NCBI GenBank assembly: GCA_050949045.1
Contig: JBMNEZ010000001.1
Span: 800,001-864,000 of the forward strand
Length of the DNA: 64,000 nt
Direction: 5' to 3'
Source: Candidatus Izemoplasmatales bacterium
GTDB lineage: Bacteria > Bacillota_I > Bacilli_A > Izemoplasmatales > Hujiaoplasmataceae
In this document: positions 51,820-60,957 of the stretch, in pieces
Layout: each line of letters begins with the position of its first letter
How positions within the stretch are numbered: the first letter of the stretch is position 1
Position numbers and translations under genes: made by a program
The notes under the pieces: generated by a model
Told to the model about the DNA's origin: nothing
The model's input: only the letters and a program-made list of their open reading frames with translations
The model's database searches: none

Positions 51820-52563
51820 CTATTCAAGAATGTCGGTCGTGATGTAATCGACCCCCATTTTGATCAATCTTTCCGCCTGTTCCTTGTCATTGACGGTGAA
51901 GACTGCCACTTTCAATCCTAAAAGATGGTAGCGTTTGATATCGGCTTCGGTTATCTCCGTCGCCAAAATATCCAGATTGAACTGGTTTTTCTGGCAAAGA
52001 TCATAGATCTTCTCGCTCATTTTGTTGGTCAAATAGAAAAGATTGATCTCGGGATAATTCTTCCTAACATAACTGAGATATTTGTCGTTGAAGGAGATGA
52101 GGCTGACATCGTCGGTATTATATTCCTTACGGATCAATTTGACGACATCATCGATGTTTGCGAGCGACAAGCCTTCCTTTAGTTCGATGACTGCATGTTT
52201 CTGGTAAGTCTGGCAGATGGATAGGTAATCGGAAAGCAGCGGAATCACGATCTTGTCGCTCAGATTCCCGGTTTTGCGGTCAATTAGAGTAAACTTCCTG
52301 ATCTCGTCGTAAGAGTAACTCGGGATATGAATATTCAATAAACCGAGCCTTAACAAGGTATCATCATGGGTGATGATGATCTCGCCGTCTTTCGATGCAT
52401 GAACATCACACTCAATCCCATAATAGCTGCGGTTGGCCGCAGCGATAAAAGCGTTGATGGTGTTTTCGGTTTCGATTCCCGACAAGCCTCGATGGGCTAT
52501 CATCCCCCGAAAGTACTTGTCGATTTTGATTGTATTCATAGAAATCACGCTCTCATCCGTCAT
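51820..52563 (-). CDS. glycerophosphodiester phosphodiesterase
   Basis: IAHRG, ENT..AF, ECDVH..KDG....HD, IELK, ISF, TVN, GVD.ITTD. Confidence 0.93.
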   Translation of the reverse strand: MTDESVISMNTIKIDKYFRGMIAHRGLSGIETENTINAFIAAANRSYYGIECDVHASKDGEIIITHDDTLLRLGLLNIHIPSYSYDEIRKFTLIDRKTGNLSDKIVIPLLSDYLSICQTYQKHAVIELKEGLSLANIDDVVKLIRKEYNTDDVSLISFNDKYLSYVRKNYPEINLFYLTNKMSEKIYDLCQKNQFNLDILATEITEADIKRYHLLGLKVAVFTVNDKEQAERLIKMGVDYITTDILE

Positions 52564-52705
52564 GGTTTCGCCAATTCAATTGTATCATCAATAATAATGT
52601 TTTGAACACTAAAACGCTAAAAACAAGGTTTTTTTGTCATCCAGAGCAAGATAATAATTTAATAGCGTTCACTGGAATGAAAAAAGCGCCATCGGGCGCC
52701 GAATT

Positions 52706-53143
52706 TTATTTTAGTTCCGCCAATGCGCCCAACACGTCTGTCTTGCCTTTATAAAATGAAATGACTTCATGGTCGACGACATGGACGATCAAAGGTACCG
52801 CAGCGACGCCGATATTCTCGTGGATGTCGCTTTCAAATTTCACAAGAACAAGATAGATTTTGTCCTCAGTCAATGATTGGATTTTATGAAGGATTGTTTG
52901 TTTGATTTCAGAACATGATTGGCAGCCGTTCATGTAAAAATATAGATAATAGTCATCCTCAGGCATCGACAGTTGCATGGAAACATCGCTGATGAACAGT
53001 TCAGGAAAGTCACTGTAGTCGAGTTGATCCTCCGGCTGCAAGGTCGTGGTTGTGGCAACTGTTGACGTTTGTATCTCACAGCCCGCGCCAGCAACAAAAA
53101 GCAAAATCGTAAACCCAAGCAGAAACAGTCCCTTTCTTTTCAT
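52706..53143 (-). CDS. thioredoxin-like lipoprotein
   Basis: Signal peptide with AGC, Thr-rich linker, YFY...CQSC, VP cis-Pro motif. Confidence 0.72.
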   Translation of the reverse strand: MKRKGLFLLGFTILLFVAGAGCEIQTSTVATTTTLQPEDQLDYSDFPELFISDVSMQLSMPEDDYYLYFYMNGCQSCSEIKQTILHKIQSLTEDKIYLVLVKFESDIHENIGVAAVPLIVHVVDHEVISFYKGKTDVLGALAELK

Positions 53144-53206
53144 CGCTTTTCACCTCTAAAGAGGATTATACCAGAAATACCGACAAAGACAAAGCCGTAA
53201 ATCAGC

Positions 53207-54061
53207 CTATTCGCTAACCGGCTCACTCTCATCGCTGATCATCCTGAGCGCATAGAGCCGCCGCCACAAGAGGATGATCACGAGAGCGTTCAGCCCCCAC
53301 TTGATCAAGTTGAAAACGCCGAAGATCTCGAGAACCGATTTGAAGGGCATTTCCATCTTATAGATGATGGGCAGATTAATAAAGTAGTTGTAAAGGACCA
53401 TGACGATCGCCGTGAGCAACGCGCTCCCGATCACGATCCAAGTAACGATCGGGCGCTTCTCGGAATCGAAGAGGTTCTGCCGTCGAACCAATATCGCCGT
53501 CGGCGCGATGAAAATCATCGTCGCGATAAAATTCACGCCCTCGTCCATAAAAAGGATAACCGGCGGCGTCGACGGCATGAACACATGGATCAGGTTTGTC
53601 GCAAGGGATACCAAGAGGGCGGTCTTGAAATCAAACCAAAGCAAAGCCATGAAGATCATCAGAGCGGACAGTTCAACCTTCAAAAAATGATATCCGGGAA
53701 CAACCGGAAACTCTAGCAACATGAGAGCGCTGGCCAGTCCGACCATAATCCCCAAAAATGCGATTTTCCTCGTGGAAACCGACTGTTTCAGTTTGCCGGC
53801 CTCACGGAGTTTGGCGACAATGAAGATGATCAGAAAATACAAAGCGAGGATGATCGCATCGAACATCAGAATCTTGAGAGGATCGGCTTCGTCTTGGACT
53901 GCCAGCCCGAATGTAAGACCGGCGATGATGAAAAAACCGGTGATGATCTGCACGACAAGGTGCTTTTTCTCACTGTGCTTCGTCCTCGCCAGCAGATAGA
54001 TGAGCAGAAGCGCAATGACGATGCCGACTACGGAAATGCCAATGATCCATTCATCCGTCAT
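53207..54061 (-). CDS. ribU: ECF S component, riboflavin transporter RibU-like, with extra N-terminal TM region
   Basis: TRKIA..G...LA..LM.LEFP...FLKVELS; directly downstream of an FMN riboswitch. Confidence 0.82.
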   Translation of the reverse strand: MTDEWIIGISVVGIVIALLLIYLLARTKHSEKKHLVVQIITGFFIIAGLTFGLAVQDEADPLKILMFDAIILALYFLIIFIVAKLREAGKLKQSVSTRKIAFLGIMVGLASALMLLEFPVVPGYHFLKVELSALMIFMALLWFDFKTALLVSLATNLIHVFMPSTPPVILFMDEGVNFIATMIFIAPTAILVRRQNLFDSEKRPIVTWIVIGSALLTAIVMVLYNYFINLPIIYKMEMPFKSVLEIFGVFNLIKWGLNALVIILLWRRLYALRMISDESEPVSE

Positions 54062-54080
54062 AATCCCAAACCCTCCAAAT

Positions 54081-54102
54081 AAAAACCCCGAAATTATCGG
54101 GG
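54081..54102 (-). terminator. riboswitch expression-platform terminator
   Basis: CCCCGA-TAATT-TCGGGG-TTTTT. Confidence 0.85.
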
Positions 54103-54119
54103 CAGTTCACAAAAAAGCA

Positions 54120-54230
54120 AGACTTCTCACATCCAGACTCTACTGTCGGTTTAGGAATCGCACCTAATCATGCCTATGGCTCGCGGACTGTACCGCCGGT
54201 CGGGAATTTCACCCTGCCCCGAAGTTTTTC
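54120..54230 (-). ncRNA. FMN riboswitch (RFN element)
   Basis: CTTCGGGGCAGGGTGAAATTCCCGACCGGCGGT..AGTCCGCGA...CCGACAGT.AGTCTGGATG.GAGAAG. Confidence 0.97.
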
Positions 54231-54248
54231 GATTCAATTTCGCCTTGA

Positions 54249-54278
54249 TTATACCAAAAAAGGACAGCCCAAGTCAAA
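54249..54278 (-). promoter_or_regulatory. sigma-A promoter of the FMN riboswitch leader
   Basis: TTGACT-18 bp-TATAAT with extended TG. Confidence 0.7.
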
Positions 54279-54921
54279 TGTTTTTCGCGATCGCTCTCAC
54301 AATGGATGCTTCGATTCCAAAAATCGGCAGCGGCAAGGCACAAAAGTAAAACCTGCTTCCCAGTGCCTTTGGGATCGAGAGGTTTTCTCCGATCAGGATG
54401 TCCTTGCCCAAAAGATCGCGATGCAGGCGGCCATCATCATCGTTCTCATAGGCCACCGTCGGCAGATCCGTAAACAATAATCCCATCTTCCTGTTGGCGA
54501 GTTGTTCACTGATCCCCACCTCGAAATAAGGATAAGCGCTGTAGTAGGATTCATCGCCCCAAGATTGTCCGTGCCCCGTACATAGAACGACGATCTCCGC
54601 TCGCTCCGTAAGTTTATCCAAGGCATCGATGATCGTTTCGGTGCCGATGACACCCCGAACGGGAGCGATGTCGATCCGCGAGGCGATTCCTATGAACCGG
54701 TTCACAGGGTAATCGGCCGCAGACTTCCCGCCGTTTAGAAAATGGGCGGGAAAATCAATGTGCGTGCCAAGATGCATCCCGGTGGCGATCTTTGTAAGCA
54801 AGTAGCCTTCGGAATCGAAATCAGCCATTTTGCTAATTTCTAGCGAGGGATCGCCGGGGAAAGGTTTTGAGTCAGTTTGAAGAAGACGGGACAAATCTAA
54901 CCAACCGTTTTCTAGTCGCAT
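54274..54921 (-). CDS. cyclase family protein (kynurenine formamidase KynB-like metal hydrolase)
   Basis: FPGDP, HLGTHIDFPAH, H..LL..I.I.ENL, EAS.VRA. Confidence 0.88.
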   Translation of the reverse strand: MRLENGWLDLSRLLQTDSKPFPGDPSLEISKMADFDSEGYLLTKIATGMHLGTHIDFPAHFLNGGKSAADYPVNRFIGIASRIDIAPVRGVIGTETIIDALDKLTERAEIVVLCTGHGQSWGDESYYSAYPYFEVGISEQLANRKMGLLFTDLPTVAYENDDDGRLHRDLLGKDILIGENLSIPKALGSRFYFCALPLPIFGIEASIVRAIAKNI

Positions 54922-54925
54922 TCGC

Positions 54926-57340
54926 TCATCTCCCCTGGTGGTACGGTTTTAATTTCCAGATTTTGTCTGCGTATTCTCTAATTGACCTGTCGGAAGAAAA
55001 ACAGCCGCTTTTGGCGATGTTAACGAGAGCAGCCTGCGCCCAGAATCGCTGATCCTTATAGGCGGCGTTCGCTTTTTCATGGGCTTCTTTGTAGGCATGG
55101 AAATCACGTAGAACGAAGAAACGGTCCTCAAGCCTCAACTTGTCGAAGATTTCCCTGAACTCATTGCGATCGACATCCTTGAAAAAACCATTGACGAGCA
55201 TGTCAAGCACTTTTTTGATCAGCGGGTCACGCTCATAAAGATCCAAAGGCCGGTAGGCTCCTTTTTGGCTGAGCTCGCCGACCTCTGCCGCCGAGAGGCC
55301 GAAGATGAAGATATTGTCGTCGCCGACGAGCTCGTGGATCTCGACATTGGCTCCGTCTTCGGTGCCGATCGTGAGCGCTCCGTTCATCATGAATTTCATG
55401 TTGCCGGTGCCGGAGGCCTCCTTGGAGGCGGTCGATATCTGTTCGGACAAGTCGCAAGCGGGCATGATCACTTCGGCATAGGAGACATTGTAGTTTTCGA
55501 CAAAGACGACCTTCAGGAAAGAATTGGTCTCTGGGTCATTGTTGACAAGGGTTTGGATCGTATTGATCAATTTGATGACTTTCTTGGCAAAATAATAAGT
55601 TGACGCGGCTTTCGCCCCGAAGATGAAGGTGTGGGGAACATAGTTTTGCCGAAAACTCCGATCAGTTTTAAGGCGGTCGTAGAGATACATGATGTGAAGA
55701 GCATTCAGAAGTTGACGTTTGTATTCATGAAGCCTTTTGACCTGGATGTCAAACAGCGAATCCGGATCGAGTTCGAGTCCCTGCTCGGCAAAGATCCTCC
55801 GAGCCAGCGCCGCTTTCTTCTTGCGCTTGACAATAAGAAACGCTTTTTGGAGAGCGAGATCGTCCTTGTGGCTCTCGAGCTGCGCGAGTTCGGCGGGATT
55901 CCTCCGCCATTTTGGGCCGATGTGGCAATCGAGCAATCCCGCTAGTTCCGGATTGGACTGGATCAGCCAGCGGCGATGGGTGATGCCGTTGGTCACGTTT
56001 GTGAATTTTCCCGGATATAGCTCATTGAACTCCTTCATCTCGATCGTTTTCAAGATTTCAGTATGGAGTCTCGCGACCCCGTTGACGGAGAAACTCGCGA
56101 CAATGCAAAGATGCGCCATCCGGATCTGGGTGCCGTCGATAATCGCCAGTTTCCGGACCAAACCGGGATTGTTGCGGGCAAAGCCTTGTTCCAGATAGGC
56201 AACGAAACGACGATTGATCTCCTCGATCAACTGATAGATCCTGGGCAACAAGGGCTCGAGGATCCTGATCGGCCATTGTTCCAGAGCCTCCGCGAGAATC
56301 GTATGGTTAGTATAGGCGACGGCATTCTGGACGATTTTCCAGGCATCGTCCCATTCCATGCCCTCTTCATCAAGAAGGATCCGCATCAACTCGGGAATCA
56401 CCAGGGTCGGATGAGTGTCGTTGATATGGAAGACGACATGCTTATCCAAGTCTTTCAGCGAACCGTATTTCTCCTTGTGTTTCCGGCAAATCGATTTGAC
56501 ACCGGCCGAACTCAAGAAATACTGTTGCATCAACCTGAGGCGCTTGCCGTCGTCAGTCGTGTCATCGGGATAGAGGAACCCGGATATATTCCGCAATTCC
56601 TCATGATACTCATATGGGGAAATGTGCTTGGGGTACTTGCGGGAAGGCTCGGCGTTCCAAAGCCTCAAATAGTTGACGATCCGGTTATGGTCGCCGACGA
56701 TGGGAATATCGTACGGCACTGCGCGGATGAACTCGCGCGGATGGTATTCCATTTTGCCATTGTATTCCACATGCCCGAAAAACATGACGTCTTCGGCTTC
56801 CTCTTCCCGCCTGATCTCGAAGACATAGCCGTCGGAAAGCCAGTTGTCGGGACGCTCCTCCTGATAACCGTTCTTGATTTTCTGGCGAAAAAGGCCGTAT
56901 TGATAGCGAAGGCATTGTCCAAAACCCGGCAAACCGAGCGATGCCAACGAATCGAGAAAACAGGCCGCCAAGCGGCCAAGGCCGCCGTTGCCGAGTCCGG
57001 GATCGGATTCATAGATCTCGACTTCGTTCAAGTCAATGCCGAGCTCGTTGAACGCCTCGTTGACAACATCCCAAAGACCCAGATTCATCAGATTGTTGGT
57101 GATGAGCCTGCCGAGCAAAAACTCGATGGAAAAATAATGGACGATTCGACCGTCATTTTGCTCGAGCAGTTCGTTGGTCTTAATCCAGTCAAAAGCGATA
57201 TGTTCCCTGACTAGCGTCCCGAGAACGTTGAAACGTTCTCTTACGCTCGAAAGAGAGACTTCTTTCTGGTATGTGGCGATCATTCTTGACGAGAAAGCTT
57301 CAATAAAGGCTTCTTTGGATCTAAATACAGATTGCTTCAT
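54926..57340 (-). CDS. glgP: glycogen/alpha-glucan phosphorylase
   Basis: GLGNGGLGRLAACF, INDTHP, YTNHT, KRLHEYKRQ, EASGTGNMKF (PLP Lys). Confidence 0.98.
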   Translation of the reverse strand: MKQSVFRSKEAFIEAFSSRMIATYQKEVSLSSVRERFNVLGTLVREHIAFDWIKTNELLEQNDGRIVHYFSIEFLLGRLITNNLMNLGLWDVVNEAFNELGIDLNEVEIYESDPGLGNGGLGRLAACFLDSLASLGLPGFGQCLRYQYGLFRQKIKNGYQEERPDNWLSDGYVFEIRREEEAEDVMFFGHVEYNGKMEYHPREFIRAVPYDIPIVGDHNRIVNYLRLWNAEPSRKYPKHISPYEYHEELRNISGFLYPDDTTDDGKRLRLMQQYFLSSAGVKSICRKHKEKYGSLKDLDKHVVFHINDTHPTLVIPELMRILLDEEGMEWDDAWKIVQNAVAYTNHTILAEALEQWPIRILEPLLPRIYQLIEEINRRFVAYLEQGFARNNPGLVRKLAIIDGTQIRMAHLCIVASFSVNGVARLHTEILKTIEMKEFNELYPGKFTNVTNGITHRRWLIQSNPELAGLLDCHIGPKWRRNPAELAQLESHKDDLALQKAFLIVKRKKKAALARRIFAEQGLELDPDSLFDIQVKRLHEYKRQLLNALHIMYLYDRLKTDRSFRQNYVPHTFIFGAKAASTYYFAKKVIKLINTIQTLVNNDPETNSFLKVVFVENYNVSYAEVIMPACDLSEQISTASKEASGTGNMKFMMNGALTIGTEDGANVEIHELVGDDNIFIFGLSAAEVGELSQKGAYRPLDLYERDPLIKKVLDMLVNGFFKDVDRNEFREIFDKLRLEDRFFVLRDFHAYKEAHEKANAAYKDQRFWAQAALVNIAKSGCFSSDRSIREYADKIWKLKPYHQGR

Positions 57341-57397
57341 GGGATCACACCTCGCTAATTGATGATTCAGTGGCGTTTTACGGGGTTGATGGATAGA

Positions 57398-59824
57398 TCA
57401 ATCCTTTGAAAGCGCCATCCGGTAGAGTTCGATATAAGCTTTGGCCGTGTCTTCAGGATAAAAGCTGGAATTCATGGCATTGATGATCAACTGGCGCCAG
57501 ACGTGGGACGATGAATCAAAAATGTTGAGCGCATTCTCAATCTGGAAGATCAGATCGCGATGATCGTAGTTGTAGAATTTAAAGCCGTTTCCGCGTTTTG
57601 TGACTGCGTCAAACTGCTCAATCGTATCGTTCAGCCCACCGGTTTGTCTGACGATCGGGATCGTTCCGTACTTGAGAGCGATCATCTGGCTGGTCCCGCA
57701 CGGTTCGTAGCGGGACGGCATCAAGAAGGCATCCGCCCCGGCATAGATGTACGACGGTTCGGTCGAGTTATAGCCGATGTTCAGAGCAACTCTGTTTTTG
57801 TAGCGCTCGCCGAGTTGCTTGAGGCGGTTAATGTAGTTCTCGTCGCCGCTGCCAAGAATGACGAATTCGACCTTGGGATTCTTCAAGACCTCATCGATTG
57901 CCGGCAACAAGATGTCGAAGCCCTTTTGTTCAACGATGCGGCTGACCATGCCGATGACGAAGTACCCCTCGCCTTCGATGAGCCCCATCCTTTTCTGCAA
58001 GTCGAGCTTGTTCTTCTTCTTGGCGTCGAACACATTCACAAGCGTGTACTTCTCAGCGATGGTCAGATCCTTCCCCGGATCGATCTCCTCGTCAAGGCCG
58101 TTCAGGATGCCGTAGAAATCGCGGTCCCGCCGGTTGAGCGCTTCAACGAGATTCTTGGCATAATAGGCGTAGCGGAGTTCGTCACGGTAAGTCTCGGAAA
58201 CCGTCGTGATCAAAGAAGCGGTTTGAATGCCGATCTCTAAAAAGTTGATCTGTTGGAGGTTCGGCCACATGGATTCGATGCCAAGTCTGGCGAGGATCGT
58301 AGCGTCGTGGACTCCTTGGTATTCAACATTGTGGATCGTCAGGATGGTCTTTATCTTTCGATAACGTTCATCGTTCTTCAAGAGCCACGGCAACAGCCCC
58401 AGATGCCAATCATGGAAATGGATGATGTTGGGGACATCCTCAAAAACATCGAAAAAAGATAGCGCCGCCTTGGCGAAGAAGGCAAAACGGTCACCGTCGT
58501 CCTCGTATCCGTACAGACGATCGCGATCAAAGAAATCGTAGGCTTCAAGAAAATAAAAGTCGATGTTCTGATCGGTGTAGTGATAGAGTGAAACGCGGTG
58601 AGATTCGTTCCCATACGAAACTTGTCGTTCGGCCTTGAGTTCCAAAAACAGTTTAAACTTTTCTTTGATCCCCGAATACAGCGGCAACATCACCGCCGAA
58701 GGGAATCCGAGGGTAGCGTATTTGCGGGCAAGCAAGGCGACCACATCCGCCAAGCCGCCGGTTTTTGCGAAGGGATGGCATTCGGAGGTAACCTGCAAAA
58801 TCATCAGTTTTTGTCCGCCGGCAACGATCTGTTTCTTTTCGGACAAATACAATTGGTTCAGATCGCCGCTAACGATGGCTTCCTCCTTGACTATTGTCTG
58901 CTTGTCGAGAACCGCATACTCGACTTGGGCGTTTGCCTCGATCACGCACTGGTTCATGATGACGGCGTTTCTAACGACGGCCCCTTCCTTGATAACCGCC
59001 TTTCTGCCGATGATCGAGTTTTCGATTTGTCCGTGAATCACAGCTCCGGAAGCGATGATGCTGTTTTTTACCAAAGCGTTTTTTCCGTATCTCGCCGGCG
59101 CCGACATCGTCTCCTTGGAATAGATCGGCCGGTCCGGGCAGAACAACCGCTCCCGCGTTAATGGCATCAATAGCCGCATATTGACCTCATAGAAGGTAAA
59201 CGGACTGTCGATCAGATAGCAGTCGGAAGAAAACTCGAAATGGTGTTTCTTGATATTTGTCGCATAGTCGAAAACATCAGAGAGATTGCGAAACGGGAGC
59301 GTGTCATAACTTGTGATGTAATCCAGCAATAATTTCTTTGATAGGATGAAGGTTTTGATTCTCCGGTTGTCGTCGCTTAAGATCTCGGTGAGATCGGCTT
59401 CGGAAGCGAGATGCTCATCAAGGAGCATGCGATAATCGACATTCCAAACCAGATTGGCCGGAGAAACCATGGCGTAGTCCTGAGTCGACCGCAAGAAGTA
59501 CTCAAGGTGCTCGTACATCCTTTGAAAACTGATGGAATCCTCGAAAGTCAACGACATGGTCTTCGGAGGCAGGATGAAGATTCCGTCTTTCCGGCGGTTC
59601 AGGTCCCAACGGTCGCCCGATCCGATATGGTCGGCGAGCGAACGGTAATTGCCGTAAGGAAAAATCGCAACATTTGTGACATCGGAGTTCTTGCAGTTTG
59701 AAAGGGTGAAGTCGATCAATCGGTATTTGGCCCCAAAGGGAAGCGCTCCCGGAATCCGGTGGCGACAGAGCTTGTTGAAAGAGCCCTTGCTAGAGGCGTC
59801 GACAACCACGAACATATTAGCCAT
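57398..59824 (-). CDS. glgA: GlgD-GlgA fusion (ADP-glucose pyrophosphorylase accessory subunit + glycogen synthase)
   Basis: N-part LPFGAKYRLIDF.LSN, YRSL.DH.GSG..WDL.R, beta-helix; C-part PFAKTGGLAD, HDWH, GILNG, EPCGTSQ; one uninterrupted frame. Confidence 0.92.
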   Translation of the reverse strand: MANMFVVVDASSKGSFNKLCRHRIPGALPFGAKYRLIDFTLSNCKNSDVTNVAIFPYGNYRSLADHIGSGDRWDLNRRKDGIFILPPKTMSLTFEDSISFQRMYEHLEYFLRSTQDYAMVSPANLVWNVDYRMLLDEHLASEADLTEILSDDNRRIKTFILSKKLLLDYITSYDTLPFRNLSDVFDYATNIKKHHFEFSSDCYLIDSPFTFYEVNMRLLMPLTRERLFCPDRPIYSKETMSAPARYGKNALVKNSIIASGAVIHGQIENSIIGRKAVIKEGAVVRNAVIMNQCVIEANAQVEYAVLDKQTIVKEEAIVSGDLNQLYLSEKKQIVAGGQKLMILQVTSECHPFAKTGGLADVVALLARKYATLGFPSAVMLPLYSGIKEKFKLFLELKAERQVSYGNESHRVSLYHYTDQNIDFYFLEAYDFFDRDRLYGYEDDGDRFAFFAKAALSFFDVFEDVPNIIHFHDWHLGLLPWLLKNDERYRKIKTILTIHNVEYQGVHDATILARLGIESMWPNLQQINFLEIGIQTASLITTVSETYRDELRYAYYAKNLVEALNRRDRDFYGILNGLDEEIDPGKDLTIAEKYTLVNVFDAKKKNKLDLQKRMGLIEGEGYFVIGMVSRIVEQKGFDILLPAIDEVLKNPKVEFVILGSGDENYINRLKQLGERYKNRVALNIGYNSTEPSYIYAGADAFLMPSRYEPCGTSQMIALKYGTIPIVRQTGGLNDTIEQFDAVTKRGNGFKFYNYDHRDLIFQIENALNIFDSSSHVWRQLIINAMNSSFYPEDTAKAYIELYRMALSKD

Positions 59825-60956
59825 GTCGTTCGCCTCCTTGTCCCGAGGATGACTCAAGGTCACAAAGAGAGACAACCTCGGGCGTGAATCGGAATCCTTC
59901 AGGCAAAACTTGGTTGCGGTTCACGATCGCGTTTCTGATAACGGCATTTTTACAAATGCGAACTCCCGGAAGAATGACCGAATCCTCGATGATCGCGCCT
60001 TCCTCGACGATTGTCTTATACCCGATTGTCGAATGGATGACAGTCCCATTGATGATCGAACCGTCGGCGATCACGGAATTTACGATCCTGGCTTTATCCA
60101 ACACAATATGCGGAGGAAGATTCAGGGATTTTGAGTAAATCGGCAAGTTTCTTGATATGTTCAATGTCAAAAAATCAGGGTCATCGAGTAGATCCATATT
60201 CACTCGGTGAAGCGATTCGACAGTACCGACATCAGCCCAATAATCATCGAACTCGTAAACTGCGACATGGCGTTTTTCTTTTAGTGCTCGCGGAATGATG
60301 TTTTTCCCAAAATCGAAATCCGCTTCCGGGTTCGCCTCATTCAACATTGTTTTTAATACATCGGTGTTGAACAAATAGATTCCCATCGAAGCCATATTCG
60401 AGCGTGACTTCTTTGGTTTTTCCTGAAAGTCGATCAGTCTTTTTTCCGAATCGATTGTCATTATCCCGAAACGGGATGTCTCTGTTTCCTTCACTCTGGT
60501 TCCCGCGATCGTGATCTCGGCTCCGATTTCCTTATGGAAAGAAAACATCCGGTCATAATCCATCTTATAGATATGATCGCCGTAGAGGATCAATACATGC
60601 TCAGCGGCGTTTTCGGTGATGAAATTGAAGTATTGCTTGACGGCATCGGCGGTTCCCCGCTGCCAGAGAATGGTTTCATTCGTAGCGTAAGGCGTGAGAA
60701 AGCAGAGCCCCCCATCAATATTGTCGAGATCCCAGGAAGCTCCCGAGCCGATATAAGCCATCAATTCCTGTGGCTCGTATTGTGTGATTATGCCAACGAT
60801 ATCGATGTTGCTATTGGCGATGTTTGACAAAGTGAAGTCGATCAACCGATACTTCCCGCCAAAAGAAACAGCCGGCTTGGCGAGATCGCGGGTGATGCCC
60901 GCGAGCCTAGTTCCCTTGCCGCCGACCAAGATCATCGCAATCAGATCTTTTCTCAA
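59817..60956 (-). CDS. glgC: glucose-1-phosphate adenylyltransferase
   Basis: GGKGTRL, AKPAV.FGGKYR.IDF, GTADA, GDHIYKMDY, EKP, DFG..IIP, YW.DVGT; probable TTG start 60956. Confidence 0.95.
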   Translation of the reverse strand: MRKDLIAMILVGGKGTRLAGITRDLAKPAVSFGGKYRLIDFTLSNIANSNIDIVGIITQYEPQELMAYIGSGASWDLDNIDGGLCFLTPYATNETILWQRGTADAVKQYFNFITENAAEHVLILYGDHIYKMDYDRMFSFHKEIGAEITIAGTRVKETETSRFGIMTIDSEKRLIDFQEKPKKSRSNMASMGIYLFNTDVLKTMLNEANPEADFDFGKNIIPRALKEKRHVAVYEFDDYWADVGTVESLHRVNMDLLDDPDFLTLNISRNLPIYSKSLNLPPHIVLDKARIVNSVIADGSIINGTVIHSTIGYKTIVEEGAIIEDSVILPGVRICKNAVIRNAIVNRNQVLPEGFRFTPEVVSLCDLESSSGQGGERHG

Positions 60957-60957
60957 A

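Noticed and set aside
56063..58240. Plus-strand ORFs of 383 and 226 aa
   Set aside because: Antisense shadows of glgP and glgA
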